Positions 36,191 through 50,000 of a stretch of DNA of 64,000 nucleotides are shown piece after piece; positions within the stretch are counted from its first letter, which is position 1; every line of letters begins with the position of its first letter. The notes beneath the pieces are model-generated. The model ran no database searches, had not been told where the DNA came from, and saw only the letters and a program-made list of their open reading frames with translations. Both the position numbers and the translations under genes were made by a program. The stretch comes from Antedon mediterranea (lineage: Eukaryota; Animalia; Echinodermata), in NCBI RefSeq assembly GCF_964355755.1, contig NC_092679.1, positions 3,936,201 to 4,000,200 on the forward strand. Reading direction: 5' to 3'.

Positions 36191-37048
36191 ATTTAGGGCA
36201 ACACTTAGGCTAAAGGGTAAAATGGTATAAAGTTTCTTATTTTGTTTAGGGCCTATTATAAAATATACACATCTGCAACAAAAATAACCCCACTTATTTT
36301 TTGGAGAGCGGTGAGAAGAGAAACAACGTCATCATCAGAGTGGTGCCAAACACATTTTCGTATTAGGTTATAAGAAAGCTACACCCAGATATTGGCGGAA
36401 CCTTGCAGTATTTTGATTGGAAGAATTACATGACGATCACTTACCACCCAATTGAATTCAATTACTGATCCATCCATTTCTTCTGAAAATTTAAGAAAAA
36501 AAAACAATGTTTGAAACAGACAAACTGACTAAAAATAGAGCGTACCTCTAATTATTGTATTTGTCCACGAGTGAAAATTTTTTTGTTAAACTTATGGTTA
36601 TAATGCAGTGCCTCAAAAGTGGCAAACTCTTTATTAAGCTTATTACTAAATTAAATTATAGGCCTACAATATTTGATTTCATTATGATGACCTCAGTATA
36701 GATGTTAATTCGATAGTGTCATCCTCCCTACATAACGTTATCGCCAATAACATTATGATTTTTTAAATTAAAACTAACGGACACCAAGTTTAAACAGCTT
36801 TGATATTTGTTATGAAAACGTTTAAAAAATTGACCTATACTTAACTCTGTAAAAATATACACAGCTGGTAACTGTTGGCTTCCCATCCCTGGGATTGCTC
36901 TAACTATGGCAATCCCCTGCAGCTTCAAACAAACTTAAAGTTTAGCGCGGCTACAATTCGAAATCGGCAATTAATGAAACCTTATCTCAAGTTTAGTGCG
37001 GCGAATTCAACCATCACGTTCGGTAGAAGCGGCACGCGGGACTTAATA

Positions 37049-37350
37049 GACAGCAGTACTCGAAAATCATTAAGTTTGGTGCGCGACACGCATTTTGACT
37101 ACAGTACTCTAAAACTATCAAGTTTGGTGCGCGGCACGCATTTTGACAGCAGTACTCGAAAACCATCAAGTTTGGTGCGCGGCACGCATTTTGACAGCAG
37201 TACTCGAAAACCATCAAGTTTGGTGCGCGGCACGCATTTTGACAGCAGTACTTGAAAACCATCAAGTTTGGTGCGCGGCACGCATTTTGACAGCAGTACT
37301 CGAAAACAATCAAGTTTGGTGCGCGGCACGCATTTTGACAGCAGTACTTG
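37049..37350. repeat. 48-bp minisatellite, ~6 units
   Basis: Unit gacagcagtactcgaaaaccatcaagtttggtgcgcggcacgcatttt. Confidence 0.95.
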
Positions 37351-39020
37351 ATGCGCAGCACTTTCTCGACGGTGGTATTCAATATATTTTCTCACATGCC
37401 ATATCTTAACTGCATAATGTTATAATTATCAACACCTGGAATAATCATGTGTACATTCGGACAAATATACAATATATTTGATTTGAATATTAACAGGCAA
37501 TAAAACAGGTCTACTGCAAAAACACAAACATCTGTATCACAACAAACAACATATGTTTACATTTCGTTTGTTTAAGAAAGAAAACTTATATTGTTAAAAA
37601 CCAATGTACATTCTCGCCGGAAAATTATTATTTGTATTAACGGTGATGATGAATATCATTATGTCTCAGAAAATAGGCCTAACAATTACGGTAATCACGA
37701 ACATTTTATTTTCAGTCAATCACAAATCTGTAAATTATACCATAATAAAACTGTTTTTGCTTTATAATATCAACATTTCTAATTATAACAATATCGATAG
37801 AAAAAACCGGAGGGTTCACTCTGTAATCGCTAAATATTGTTCTGGTGTGCACCATTCGCATATGCGGTTGCCTTGGCAGGACATTTTGTTGCATCGATTA
37901 TAAAAATGAAATAAAATTACTGGCATTGAATTGTTAAATGAATACAAAAAAATTCCACCTGCAGTGTATTAATACAACAAACATTTAAAAAAAATAATTC
38001 CGTGATTAAATTTTTAATAATGTATGGAAGGTTGTTATAGCAAAAAACAAACAACAATTTATAGGCCTAGTGTTCGCTTGATGTGACTTTTGTCTTGTCT
38101 GATTTTTGTCTGGATATTATTATGATTACATTCACAACCTTTTAGTTTAAAGAAAACCAGACTCAATATAAAAAGCACTAAACAACGCAGTTTACTGATG
38201 ATACACGTAGACATGGAGGTAGGTCTATAATACATCCATGGATATACAGACAATACAGCATTAGTACTGAGGAAATTTTTAAAATGTACATTAAAAATAG
38301 ATATACAGTACAACAAATTACAGTCACAAATAAATAACCAAATATATAATTTCATATCAATACAATTAGTCAACAACATTTACAATATAGGCTTGAAGTT
38401 ACCATTAGTAATACAGTTACTGAATTGACAGTGTCCGAAATTGATAAGTTTAATAAAATCATAACACCGAGAGGGCTACACAATAGAACATAGAATATTA
38501 TAAGCACCTACTCATAGGATCTTTTAGGATTTTAGAGCTTTGATACACAAGAATATACGCAGTGCGCGTATCGACGATATCTACGCGTGCTACATTCGTG
38601 ATGATATCTTTACGCGACAACCGCATCACAGAGCGCAAAAACTACCGTAATATTAATTGGGCCTTATATATCGACCTTTTGAAATCATCTGTAAATTTAA
38701 CATTTCACTTGAAAGTTAAAAACATACAATACAATAAGTGCACCCCAAAAACATGACTTCATGAAACTTAGTAGGCCCACTGGGTCTGTCGAAAAATGTA
38801 CTAATTTAATTGCAATTGCCCAAAACAGTTATTGATGTATAATATTGTAGCGTGATGATTAAATTAATATAGATTTGTACGTAAGTATTTTAATCTCATT
38901 TAATGTTTAATATAATAACATATTCCATTGCACTCGTGTAATTAAATCAAAATGGGGTAATTTCGTTTGTTAAATTATTTGCAGGGAAAAACATTCCACG
39001 TGAAATGTTTAATAGAATAG

Positions 39021-39183
39021 AAGTTTCACATTCTATTTAAATTGAAATGTTTAATGTAAAACAACCAATAATGTTAATTATTCATGCAGACAAATAAAGT
39101 TTCACATTCCATTTAAATTGAAATGTTTAATGTAAAACAACCAATAATGTTAATTATTCATGCAGACAAATAAAGTTTCACAT
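39021..39183. repeat. ~76-bp tandem duplication
   Basis: aagtttcacattc.atttaaattgaaatgtttaatgtaaaacaaccaataatgttaattattcatgcagacaaata occurs twice. Confidence 0.9.
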
Positions 39184-40139
39184 TTATTATGATTAACTTT
39201 AATATTAGGAGTTTCTTTCTCGCCATTACAACACGTTTTGTGAGTTGTTTAATTGTAGGATTGAACGCATTTTATTATTCAATGAAAAAAGAATCACCCA
39301 AAAAAATAGCATTTTAGCAGATCTCAGCGGCGCATTCCCTTATTTCACACTCTATACCACTCCAGCAAAACCCGTAAAATAAATAAAATGGTTTAGTTAT
39401 GTACATAAATATAAGCAGACACATTAGAATTTATACTATTACTACTGTATTTACATCCATGAGGTATGATTAACCCATGGAGCTATAAATAGCTCCATAA
39501 TTAACCCATACTAAAATGCAACAATAAAGCCTCTTGATACAGGAAGAATATCAGCAAGTTTTGTAGCATAAATAATTAGATAGTAAAGTTCTACCAAATG
39601 GTGGTACCATTGTCTTAGTATCAGGTTGAGCATATACTTATACTTTATAATTCATGCACAGGTACTAATAACCAAGGCACAAACCGCTTCATTTGCAATT
39701 CAAACCTCATGAAGAGAACAATCTACTGATTATTTTTCATATCATGAAGATGAAACAAAACTCTTATATTAAATACTGCATTAAACAACTGCTCCATGTA
39801 TAAACTTAAGGCATCAACTGATTTTAAATACAAGTCTTTATAATCTTTTAAAATAGTGGTATGAATACTACATTAAATAGAAGGTTAGTTTGTACGAATT
39901 TAAGAGTGTATCAAGGTATATTCATTGAATATTATTTTAAATACATTAAATATCAGCTTACAAAAGGAATGTACGACTTTCAGATTAAAGTTAAGAAAGG
40001 GTGTTCATAAATTGCACACAACATTGGACATATCTACTGTATAAACAGTCCTAAACTACTACTGTATAACAAATAAAAATGTTCAATACCATACAAATGA
40101 CAAAATTGTCCCACTGATGTCAGAAAGATGAATATAGAA

Positions 40140-40400
40140 AGGGACATGTTCCATTGATGTCACATTGGTGATAGAAGTGACATGTCCCATTGATGACAGA
40201 AGTGACATGTCCCATTGATGACAGAAGTGACATGTTCCATTGATGACAGAAGTGATATTTTCCATTGATGACAGAAGTGACATGTTCCATTGACGACAGA
40301 AGTGACATGTTCCATTGATGACAGAAGTGACATGTTCCATTGATGACAGAAGTGATATTTTCCATTAATGACAGTGACATGTCTTACTGACCGACAGAAG
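40140..40400. repeat. 25-bp minisatellite, ~9 units, downstream of the AREL1 stop
   Basis: Unit gacagaagtgacatgttccattgat. Confidence 0.95.
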
Positions 40401-41012
40401 GTACACGTCTTACCGATGACAGAAGGGACATAACCCATTAAATGACATGTAACATTCACGACAAAAGGGATATTAAAACACCCAGAGTGTACGTACAAGT
40501 GATTCAAACGCACACTGATCAATAGAAGACATTGTAACCTGATTAGGCCTAGTTGGCACAGAGCACACTACTCCCACAAAAATATTAATACAATATATTT
40601 TTTCAGTTGAGAGTGCAAGAGTAGATATAATAATAATAATAATAATATTGTAAAATATGTTACCTCAACACAATGTCGTATAACTTATTTAAACATAAAG
40701 ATTGCATTTCATGTTTATATGTAGTGTAATGAGCATTATGTATAAAGTGGGGTGAGAATATAACCTGTTGTGTACCTATTCACCTCAGTGAAAATGCAGC
40801 AAAGAGGCATATCATCACTAATCTTCCAATCAAAATGGTATTGGTAAGATCTGTGTTGTTTTTATAAACATTTTGTTAATAAATTCCTTACCAATATCCT
40901 ATAAAATCCTTCATAAAAATACAACTGAGACGATTTTAAAAATTACTTGTAATATAAAGGATAGATTCTGTTTTGAATAATCGATTCCACCGTGTCGTTT
41001 TTCTTCATACCA

Positions 41013-44000
41013 TCAAACCAAGCTAAACCCAGCTGACCCTTCATTGATGGCAATCACTAACGACCTCTGGAGTTTCTCGATGGTGTCATAGGTAGGTAGG
41101 CAAAGTTGGTTGAAGCTGCAAATATAATTTTAAAATAGTTTTTACAAAAGAATATTGAATCCTATCAAATAAAAGGTTTTGTGTGAGCTGTTTGTTAAAT
41201 TGTGTGAAAAATAAAAAAAATCATTTCTTTACAACTTTTTTGCATTGTTAAAAAATATGGACATTTGTCTATCAATTATTTGAGAGATACAGAGAGTTTG
41301 CAAGTCATACATAATTGTACTGGGAACATTAACAGTACATTTAAAAATCATACCATATTGCATTCAATATGGCAGTAAAACTGGCAGCATTAGTTGTGCT
41401 TTCATGTTTGTTCGTTATAAAAATATTTGCTATTTACGCATCTATACACATATATCAAAATGAATACATTTGAAAACCACCCCGGATTGGGTGGGTAGTG
41501 GGTAGTTGCTATGGAGTGGATATCTTTGCAATTATAATATATATTCAATATTCCTCACCATGTATGAGCAGTGGGTAATGTATTATGAGCTGGCACTGCA
41601 ACAATTTGGAAATTTGGTTTCAACTGTGAGAAGCCTCCAGATGAAAGCTGAGCACATCCAGTTGTAAATTGCAGCAAACGGGACATCTCTTCTTGAGTGA
41701 AACCACTGACAACCGTCCAAAACCAATCTAATGTCTAAAAAAAATATTTGTTGTACATTCAAAATAGTTATATAACTATATAACTATTATATTATAGGCA
41801 ACGTCTTATATAATTCAAGGTGCTCTCCAGGTGGAATGCCATCTTGAGATGAGTAGTAGTAATTACTACAGTTTTTGTTTATTTGTAATTAATTTATATG
41901 CAATTTTACTTTCTATGGACCAGAGATTCCAAAATAAAAGATCGAATAAATGAATAACTGTAAAAAAAAATAAATATATCCAACTGTATTTTAACATAAA
42001 TAGATTATTATTAGATTACGAATTACAGGTAATCTACCCTATTGTTGATTAAACCTTAAACCAGTTACAGCAATTCATTCATTTACAATGAATTGAAATA
42101 AACTAGGTTAATAGGTTAAAAACAAGACACTTGACCTTTACACAGAAACATGTAAGGATGTAACAATAGTTCATGCCTTGAACTAGTTATGTCAAAGAAT
42201 AAAATATTTACACTCTAGTTAGGCTATTAGTTGAAAAGCGTGTATTTTTTGTTGTCTTTTTAGGACAAATAGTAATTACTATTTGTAAAATAATGTCACT
42301 AAAAATGACGTCATTTTACAAGTACATACTGTAGTTTTTACTATTTTTGATATTTAGTGTTACAACACCTCTAAATAGTAGGTTATATAACCGAGTATAG
42401 TATAATGGTTTGCCCATAGTTTAACCAGATAATAGGAAAATCGCAAGACACAGTGTATCTATATCTCATTACCTTGCTTCCATCAGGTCCATTCCAACCT
42501 GCTGCTATGTGATGGCTTCTCAAGTCAGCAATGTCAAAAGAAGATGTTCCGCACATGAGCAGTTCAAGCTCGTTCTCATCAAACATACTCAATAGGGAAT
42601 CAGGAATAAGGTCATTCAAACCTGAAAAATAGAGTTTCAATTTACACAAATCAAACAAAAGTCATGCTGTACAGTGGCTGAAGCGTGTTTTCCAGTTAAC
42701 GTTAAGTTGCTTTAAATTGACCAGTTAACGTTAAGTTGCTTTGAATTGACCAGTTAACGTTAAGTTGCTTTAAATTGACCAGATTCAATGCTTCTACAGG
42801 ATAAGAAGGCAAAAATCAATGTTAAAAAGTAAGTAAGTTATAAATTATAATACAAAAACAATTTATTATTGATTATTAATTACTCAAACTCTTAAAATAA
42901 ATGCATTGAAAATGGATGATTTTCATTTTTCTCCTTTTTCAATAATAATGGCAGTTTGTTATAGTGCCTACTATCCACTATATTAAGCCTTTCAGATCAT
43001 TATTTACTTTAACCTTTTAGCCCTTAGCAAATAAGGAATGCTTGTCAGTTTCAGCAAAAAATAGTTTGAATAAAGAAATAAGTGTGGAAACAGGAAAGTA
43101 TTAGTTATTTTACAAGGTATATATATATAATGGATTTCTATAAATACTTTGAATGATTGTTATTTCTAGGAAAAGTTAGGTAGTTTATCACAGCCTTTCC
43201 TGTGCCTACTGAATGTTATATATTGTGGTAGGAAGAGTAAAGACTATGGCACTCAATTAAAATGGTTAAAGATATAATTGTCCTTGAGCTTGTCCTTTTT
43301 AGATTTTTTGTTCACACACAATAGTTATTCATTTTGACAAAATATTTCATACAATTTACCAAATAAAGTAAAGCTCATCGTCTTAAAATCAATGTCTTTT
43401 TTATAAGCAAAATAGAGAGTTTCTAATTTTGGTTTTGGTGAATTTGAATAATACATTTTGTCAAATGAAAGGACTATAAAATAGAGTACCTTTAGTAAAT
43501 GCTTCCAGCTCCCCTTCAACACATTTACTTAGTTTGTGCTCAGCTAAGCAATTCAAATACTGTATCTTGTTGCTTTCAGTAACAGGGATACCAGCCCCAT
43601 CTGCTTTTAACTCAACAACCTATATATTATAGTAAATTAAATAATAATAAATTAAATATTTTTAAAATATTGTTCATGTAAACATGATCAATTTGTGATA
43701 AATTGTGTAATTTAAAGAGTAGCATATGAGTTTATACAGTTAATAATAATGGCTGTACAGTATATTTAATTTATAACATAAAAAACTTAAATTCTAAAAA
43801 ATGTTTCTTTTTTGATAGATTAGTTTGTTTCTCTGCATTTATATATCTAAAATGTCAAATATTTTTTTTCGATGTGGAACATGAAATATTTATCCAAAAA
43901 ATTTATTAGAAATTGTCATGAATACTAGATGTAATAGATCTTTGACAAAACATTTAAAATGAATGATTTATCTACCTTATCTACTTGCCCATGATCGTTA

Positions 44001-47000
44001 TAGATCTCTTCTGAAAAGGTCAAACCAAGGTCGGCATCTATCTTATTATCTAATATATACTTGCCCTTAGACATGAACAATTCTGGATCATCTGTTTCAA
44101 AGTACTGTTAAAAAAACAAATTGAAATACATAGTATTATATAACTTCATTTTAAGCTCTGTCTACACTATCAAAATAGTATAAACCAAATATGGTAGTGA
44201 TATGACATCATCATGTTCATATATGGGCACATCAACATTTTTGTCACATAATGTTTAATAGTGTACACAAGGCTAAACAATATTCATTCTGTTAAAAAAA
44301 ACTGTTTGGTCAAAGATGTGCAAATTTGAGACAAGATGTAGTCTGTGTTTTTTGTTTTTATTTATATCAGTTGTTTGCCTTCATGGACTTCCTTGGTAGG
44401 TACAAGTAAACAAGTCCATACAGTACAATGCTAGTGACAACAAGGTCAAAATCATTTGAATAAAAAATCTTCAACAAAATATCTAAAGCCTTGTCTACAC
44501 TATCAAACTTGATGTGACAAAAAAATGTGTTGTGCTCATATATGGACATGATGATGTCATATCAATACCATAATTGGGCAAATCACTACTATATTTGGGC
44601 ACATCACACTTTTTTGTCAAACTAGTTTAATAGTGTAGACAGAGCTTTATACATTATAAATCAAATAAAAAAAATCATCATCATACCTTATACGTTACTC
44701 GTAAGCCAATAAGTTGTGCGAGAAACGACCGTGAGAAGCGTGCACGGACTAGTTGAGTATAGGAAGGTCCTAATGATGATTCGTACAGACACTTCCCAAC
44801 TATCTTGCCAGCAAATTCATAATACTTTAACTTAGACAGATGCTGTGGCCTATCTGCATTCGGATGAACCTATTATGGAAATACTTAATGTCACTCAATC
44901 AGACAGTAACAAGAAAACATTTTATTTTTTAACTATAGTATTTTAAAAAAAACAATACCATCTACCAATAATGAACACTTTTGGCCTAATTCTGGTAGTT
45001 CGAATGTGTATTTAATTAGGAAATAGGTTTGAGACATTTCAGACCTAAAAAAGTTTGAATTTAAAGGAGTTTTCGTTCCAGTATTGTGTCGGTAGAATCA
45101 ACTTTATTGTGACCTTCCTACAGACTATGCTTTAATAAAGCATAATCTACCAAAACCTCTTCATCGTCGCAAGTTCCACAATCAACAAATTGATTATTAC
45201 AGAACTAGGAGACATACTAGACGGCCTACTAAAGTAGTGGCTGTGTTGACAGTGACTGTGTGTATTAGTACAGAGTAACCCCCTACTTGTCTCGAAAGAT
45301 GTACTAGGTTCTTTAAAGTGAACATGAGCATTTTGTGTACACGGGACCTACGATTAATTATAGATTTTATCCGAAAAGACTCTTTTTACCACCAGAACCA
45401 TGGAGCGAGTGAGGCTCGAACCCTTGCCGATATTATGACTACATTTTACGGCTCCACTGTCTTAACCACTCGCCCATGTGTTGCACACTGTAAGTGTGTA
45501 TTTAATGATCTGCTGTTTATTAGAAACAGTACAATTTGTACAAGGGCTATCCTTACCAATCCTTGTGCGTCGTCTTTAAAACTTTTGAAGAGTTCATTCT
45601 CTGATTTGAATAGACTGTCACACACAATACCAAACCATTCACGAGATAAGCCACCCCAATCCAAACCTTAAATTAAAAAATAAAACATTACATATTGTTT
45701 AAATTCTTGCCGAAATTGGGATTTCATTGAAATATAATATATTATAAAATCAATCAAAAGTATTTTTACCTTCTTCTCCAAGGAATTTGATTTCAAATTT
45801 CTTGCACCAGTCTGATGTAGTAAAGGATTTAGTTGCTTTCATAGACTATAAAAAAAGATATAATGTAGTTATACATTGAGGGAAGACATACAGCACAAGT
45901 CCATAATAGGCTAGGATTGTTACAGAAAGGACACTTCCATAAATTAGGTACAGTTTGAGTCATGTAATTAATACACAGCATACTGTACAATAATTAGAGT
46001 GAGTCAGACAATATGGAAGTTACTAACAATTTTGAGGTTGATTATTGTAAAGCTTGGTTCCCACTAGGACTCAAGACAATGATGATACTTTAAAAAAATT
46101 ATTAAAAACACATTTATTCATTATGGAATATGGAAATCATGAAGTTTTCCAAAGTTTTTTAGAATTGTTTAGTATACTTTTTCCTGGCCAGCATTATCTT
46201 TGGGGTGCCTCTGTCTTGGTTGTTGTCTCTGAGCACCTGGTCGTCTGTGGCAAGGCAAATGTGTATCCTGCTCCTTTGTTTGGTCACCTAGGTAGGGGTC
46301 CAGGACCGCGACAGAACGAGAACAGATGGGGACCCTCCAAAGAAATTGCATTTTATTTGTCAGGCATTTGTATGATTTGTTTTTTATTTTTTAAATGCAC
46401 CTTGAGCACTCTTGAGTGGTATGTGCGCTATAAAAATCTTATTATTATTATTATGTAAGGACAACATAAGTGTTTTGACCAATCTTAAATTAATGGACCA
46501 TCCAAATTGTCGCTTGTGATTGGTCAACTCACTTGCGTTGCATGTACGTCCTTTGTTGTTACTTAACCAAGTAAGCCTTTTATGCTAGTATACATACACT
46601 TTCAAGTATTGAGTATCTGTCAATATTCAGGTGGATAATGGTACGAGAGTTCCGCTTGTGTTTATTACTAACTTCCTGATAAAAATATTCTTGCTTTGTT
46701 TTAAATGTTTCCGAACCACCTAAAAAGATAAGAAAAGATAGTTTATTGTACAGTTTAAGTGTTCTGAATGCGTTTTTAATGGTAAAAACAAATGTGGACC
46801 TTTGGAACTCAAAGAAAGTCTTGGTTTGGGAGGGAGAGTTTTCAGAGAGTCTGGTATTGGCAGAGTTGAATTAATCATACTTGATTTCGAAGCCACATAT
46901 TTCAAGACATTTTTACTAAAATTGGACATACTGTAGATATCATATAACTGGTTGAAACGAGGCAAGCAACAGATTAAAGCGAGATAAATTGAGTAGTTAA

Positions 47001-50000
47001 TTTGAAGAGAATAGACCAAGAGGGCGCCAACTAACTTTTAGTATGTAACACGTTGTATACTAACTAAACTACTTATTTTGAAATTTGAAGGGTACTTGTA
47101 AATCTGTGAAATATAATAATAATAATACGCATAATATAGTATTTTAAACAAAAAATGAATAAGCATACCAATATTCTTGAGTAGAAATTTTGTATACGTA
47201 GCAGCTAGTATATCACGATTCTCACATGCTAGTGTGACTGGGTCTTGTCCACTGTCATCTATAGTAAATTCAGGACTATCACCGTTCCCGTGAAAATAAA
47301 ACTGAAATATTTAAAAATTATTTTTAAATCAATCATGGTAAATAATTAGAACAAATCTTTCTTCTGAATTTGTAATGAATTCATTCATTCATTCATCAGT
47401 GGAAAATTATTATTTCCATTTATATTCATTTGCATATAAAATAAACATAGAAATTATGTTTGAGATGAGAAATGATTAAATATTTTACTCTGATTGGAAA
47501 AATTACTTAAGTAATGTGTAGAATATTCAAGCAAATTTGTTTTTTATTTGCAATTTTCTGATGCCTGTTCTGTAAATATTGTTTTAAAATTTAGTAATAT
47601 GATGCAATATGAAACACAAGGATAATAAATACAGAGGTTTAAGCTTGGTTCCCACAAAGACGCAACACAAGCAAGTTGACCAATGACAAGCGACAATCGA
47701 ATAATCGATTGATTGTGATTGGCCAAATCCCTTATGTTGCGTTACTTTGTGTTTCTAGTGGGAACCAAGCATTAGACAACTGTAATCAAATTCGAATTAA
47801 GTTACCTTAGTTGACGGGCAGACTCTAAACGTATGTAAACGCTTTGGGATAATCCTCAGATAGAATTCTTTGATTGTAAGTTGCTTTGGTGAGATGTAGC
47901 AAAAGACTTTCTTTGGTTTACGAAGTTTTTCGCTGTTGGCTTCTAAAAGCCGAGCCTCGTAATAACTGTCCATATTCTTCTTGCTAACCGTTTTATTGAC
48001 CTGTGCCATGGCGTCCTCTAAAAAAAGAAAATGACAAAAATGCTACAAAAATGATCATAGTGGAATATAAGTTTCAAATATGTAATCTCCTGTGGTTGTA
48101 TTAAGGCGCAGGTGTAAAAAGGTCCTTAATGATATACTGTACAATCTACAGAAATCTCACAAGTAAATTATCCTGGGCTACCTAGTATCAAATGGCGACG
48201 TAACTTGTTACAATAGGAACGCTGATTATTTTCTGCAGATAAAGACTTGGCTTCATCTATTAATATGTTGATACTTCATTAGTAAATTGTTGTATAATAG
48301 CTTTAACATTTTTCATCAACGAATCCTAATAAACAAAATTTAGTTGGGTATGTCTACAGTAGAGTAACGATCAGAGAGGTTTACCTTTAAAGCTCTAAGA
48401 GCTTATTGGGTTACCCTCTTTCTCTTATCCTGTCATTTGTATATACCTGTATTTGTATTATTGTATTTGATGAATGAGCAACAAAAACAACATTCAAGGA
48501 ATAAGCTGATTTAATTTTGAAGTGAGCCCTCCCAAATCTCGTTACCTGTTAATACTATGATGTTGAATTCTCCATTGGCAAACTGCTGATCCTTGTAGCT
48601 TGCTACAGCCTTGAAACAGCCTGGCTGGTAAAGCTTGATGAATAGAGAGATGAGGTTGTCATCTTGCACAGTCACATCCCACAATGGATTGTCTATTTCT
48701 GATGGGCTAGAATCAAGCTTTGGAAAATAAGAAATAAGATGAAATAATTTAAAAAAATTTAACTGTTTATGTAGAGCAACTTATTCTCAATAAAAACATC
48801 TTTAATGTAGCTGATAATCCTCCAAATGAATATATAATCCCAGCATCCAATATAAGACCACCTACAAACTTGTAGTACAATAATAATAAAAGTAATAGCT
48901 ATATACGTTTGGTAAAAGGTTACTTTATTTTGTTGTATTAATTTGTAATGTACCTGAGTAATGTAATTTATATTATTTTATAAATACTGGAAAAAAACAA
49001 ATTGTAGTACAATCAAACCTTTGGGCCCCACAAAAGTGTCCCTTTAACAAAAAAAATAGGTGTTCCTTAAAGGTTGGAAATACTGTAGTATTCAAACATT
49101 ATATACACATATTACACCTTGTTCATTTCACAGATTGTGTGGGCGTGTGTAATAACAGTGTTCTCTAAATAATCGTGTTCTATTGTATATCCATTTACCA
49201 AGAAACTTACAGTTGTAACTTTCATTGCATATTCTTTAATACTTTCTTTAGATATTCGTTCCTTGCACACGTTGCCATATTCATCACAGACTTCTAAATG
49301 TAAGGCATGCAGCTCATCTTGTCTAACTACTATGGTTGAACTATGGTTTACAAAGTTGCATTTTGCTGGCACTATGCAACCTACAACAAAACAAAAGTAT
49401 TATAGATGTATTATTCCCCTGAATACATTTTTTTTGTTGAAATGCCATTTTAATGTCTTAACTTCACCAGATGCGCACAATGAATTAACTTGACATAACT
49501 CAGTCACTATGATACTGCATTACGGTTCAACCCCTTATTTGGGACCAGTGGTCTCTAAGGCCTCTATTTAGGGGACACTCTTATTAAGTTGAAACTTTCT
49601 TGGGTTTGGAAAGTTTTTGTTTATATGATTATACAGTTATGTAAAGAAGATATTTTTGTTAATGATGTAATGTTATAACATTTTAGGGGTGGTATCTAAA
49701 AGAAGACAAACCTGGTAAAAACTCTTTCTTGTATGGATTTTCTGAGATAGGTTTACTGTGTATTTTAACATAAAATTTATAAATCCCCGATCGTCTAGTA
49801 GTAAAAGACACCCTAACTGCATTATTTTGATCTTCACATTTTTCAATTTGACAAGGTACAGACTGGCTTCCAACATCGATACTTGCCAATACCTCATCAG
49901 CTGAGCTAATTTCAAAAACTGAACCCCATCCATGGAAAAACTAAAACAGAAACAAATTATGTCAAAAAATAGCAAGCAGCTATTTCACATGATCTAAGCA

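Noticed and set aside
36875-37409. Repetitive ORFs on both strands and a CRISPR-like look
   Set aside because: Head-to-tail 48-bp units without unique spacers, eukaryotic context, no cas genes.
40083-40522. Three overlapping minus-strand ORFs
   Set aside because: Produced by the 25-bp minisatellite.
42440-42472. AREL1 intron start translating as VMR, like human KVMRWFW
   Set aside because: No suitable donor follows, and the next exon already supplies TLDWFW in frame; probably coincidence.
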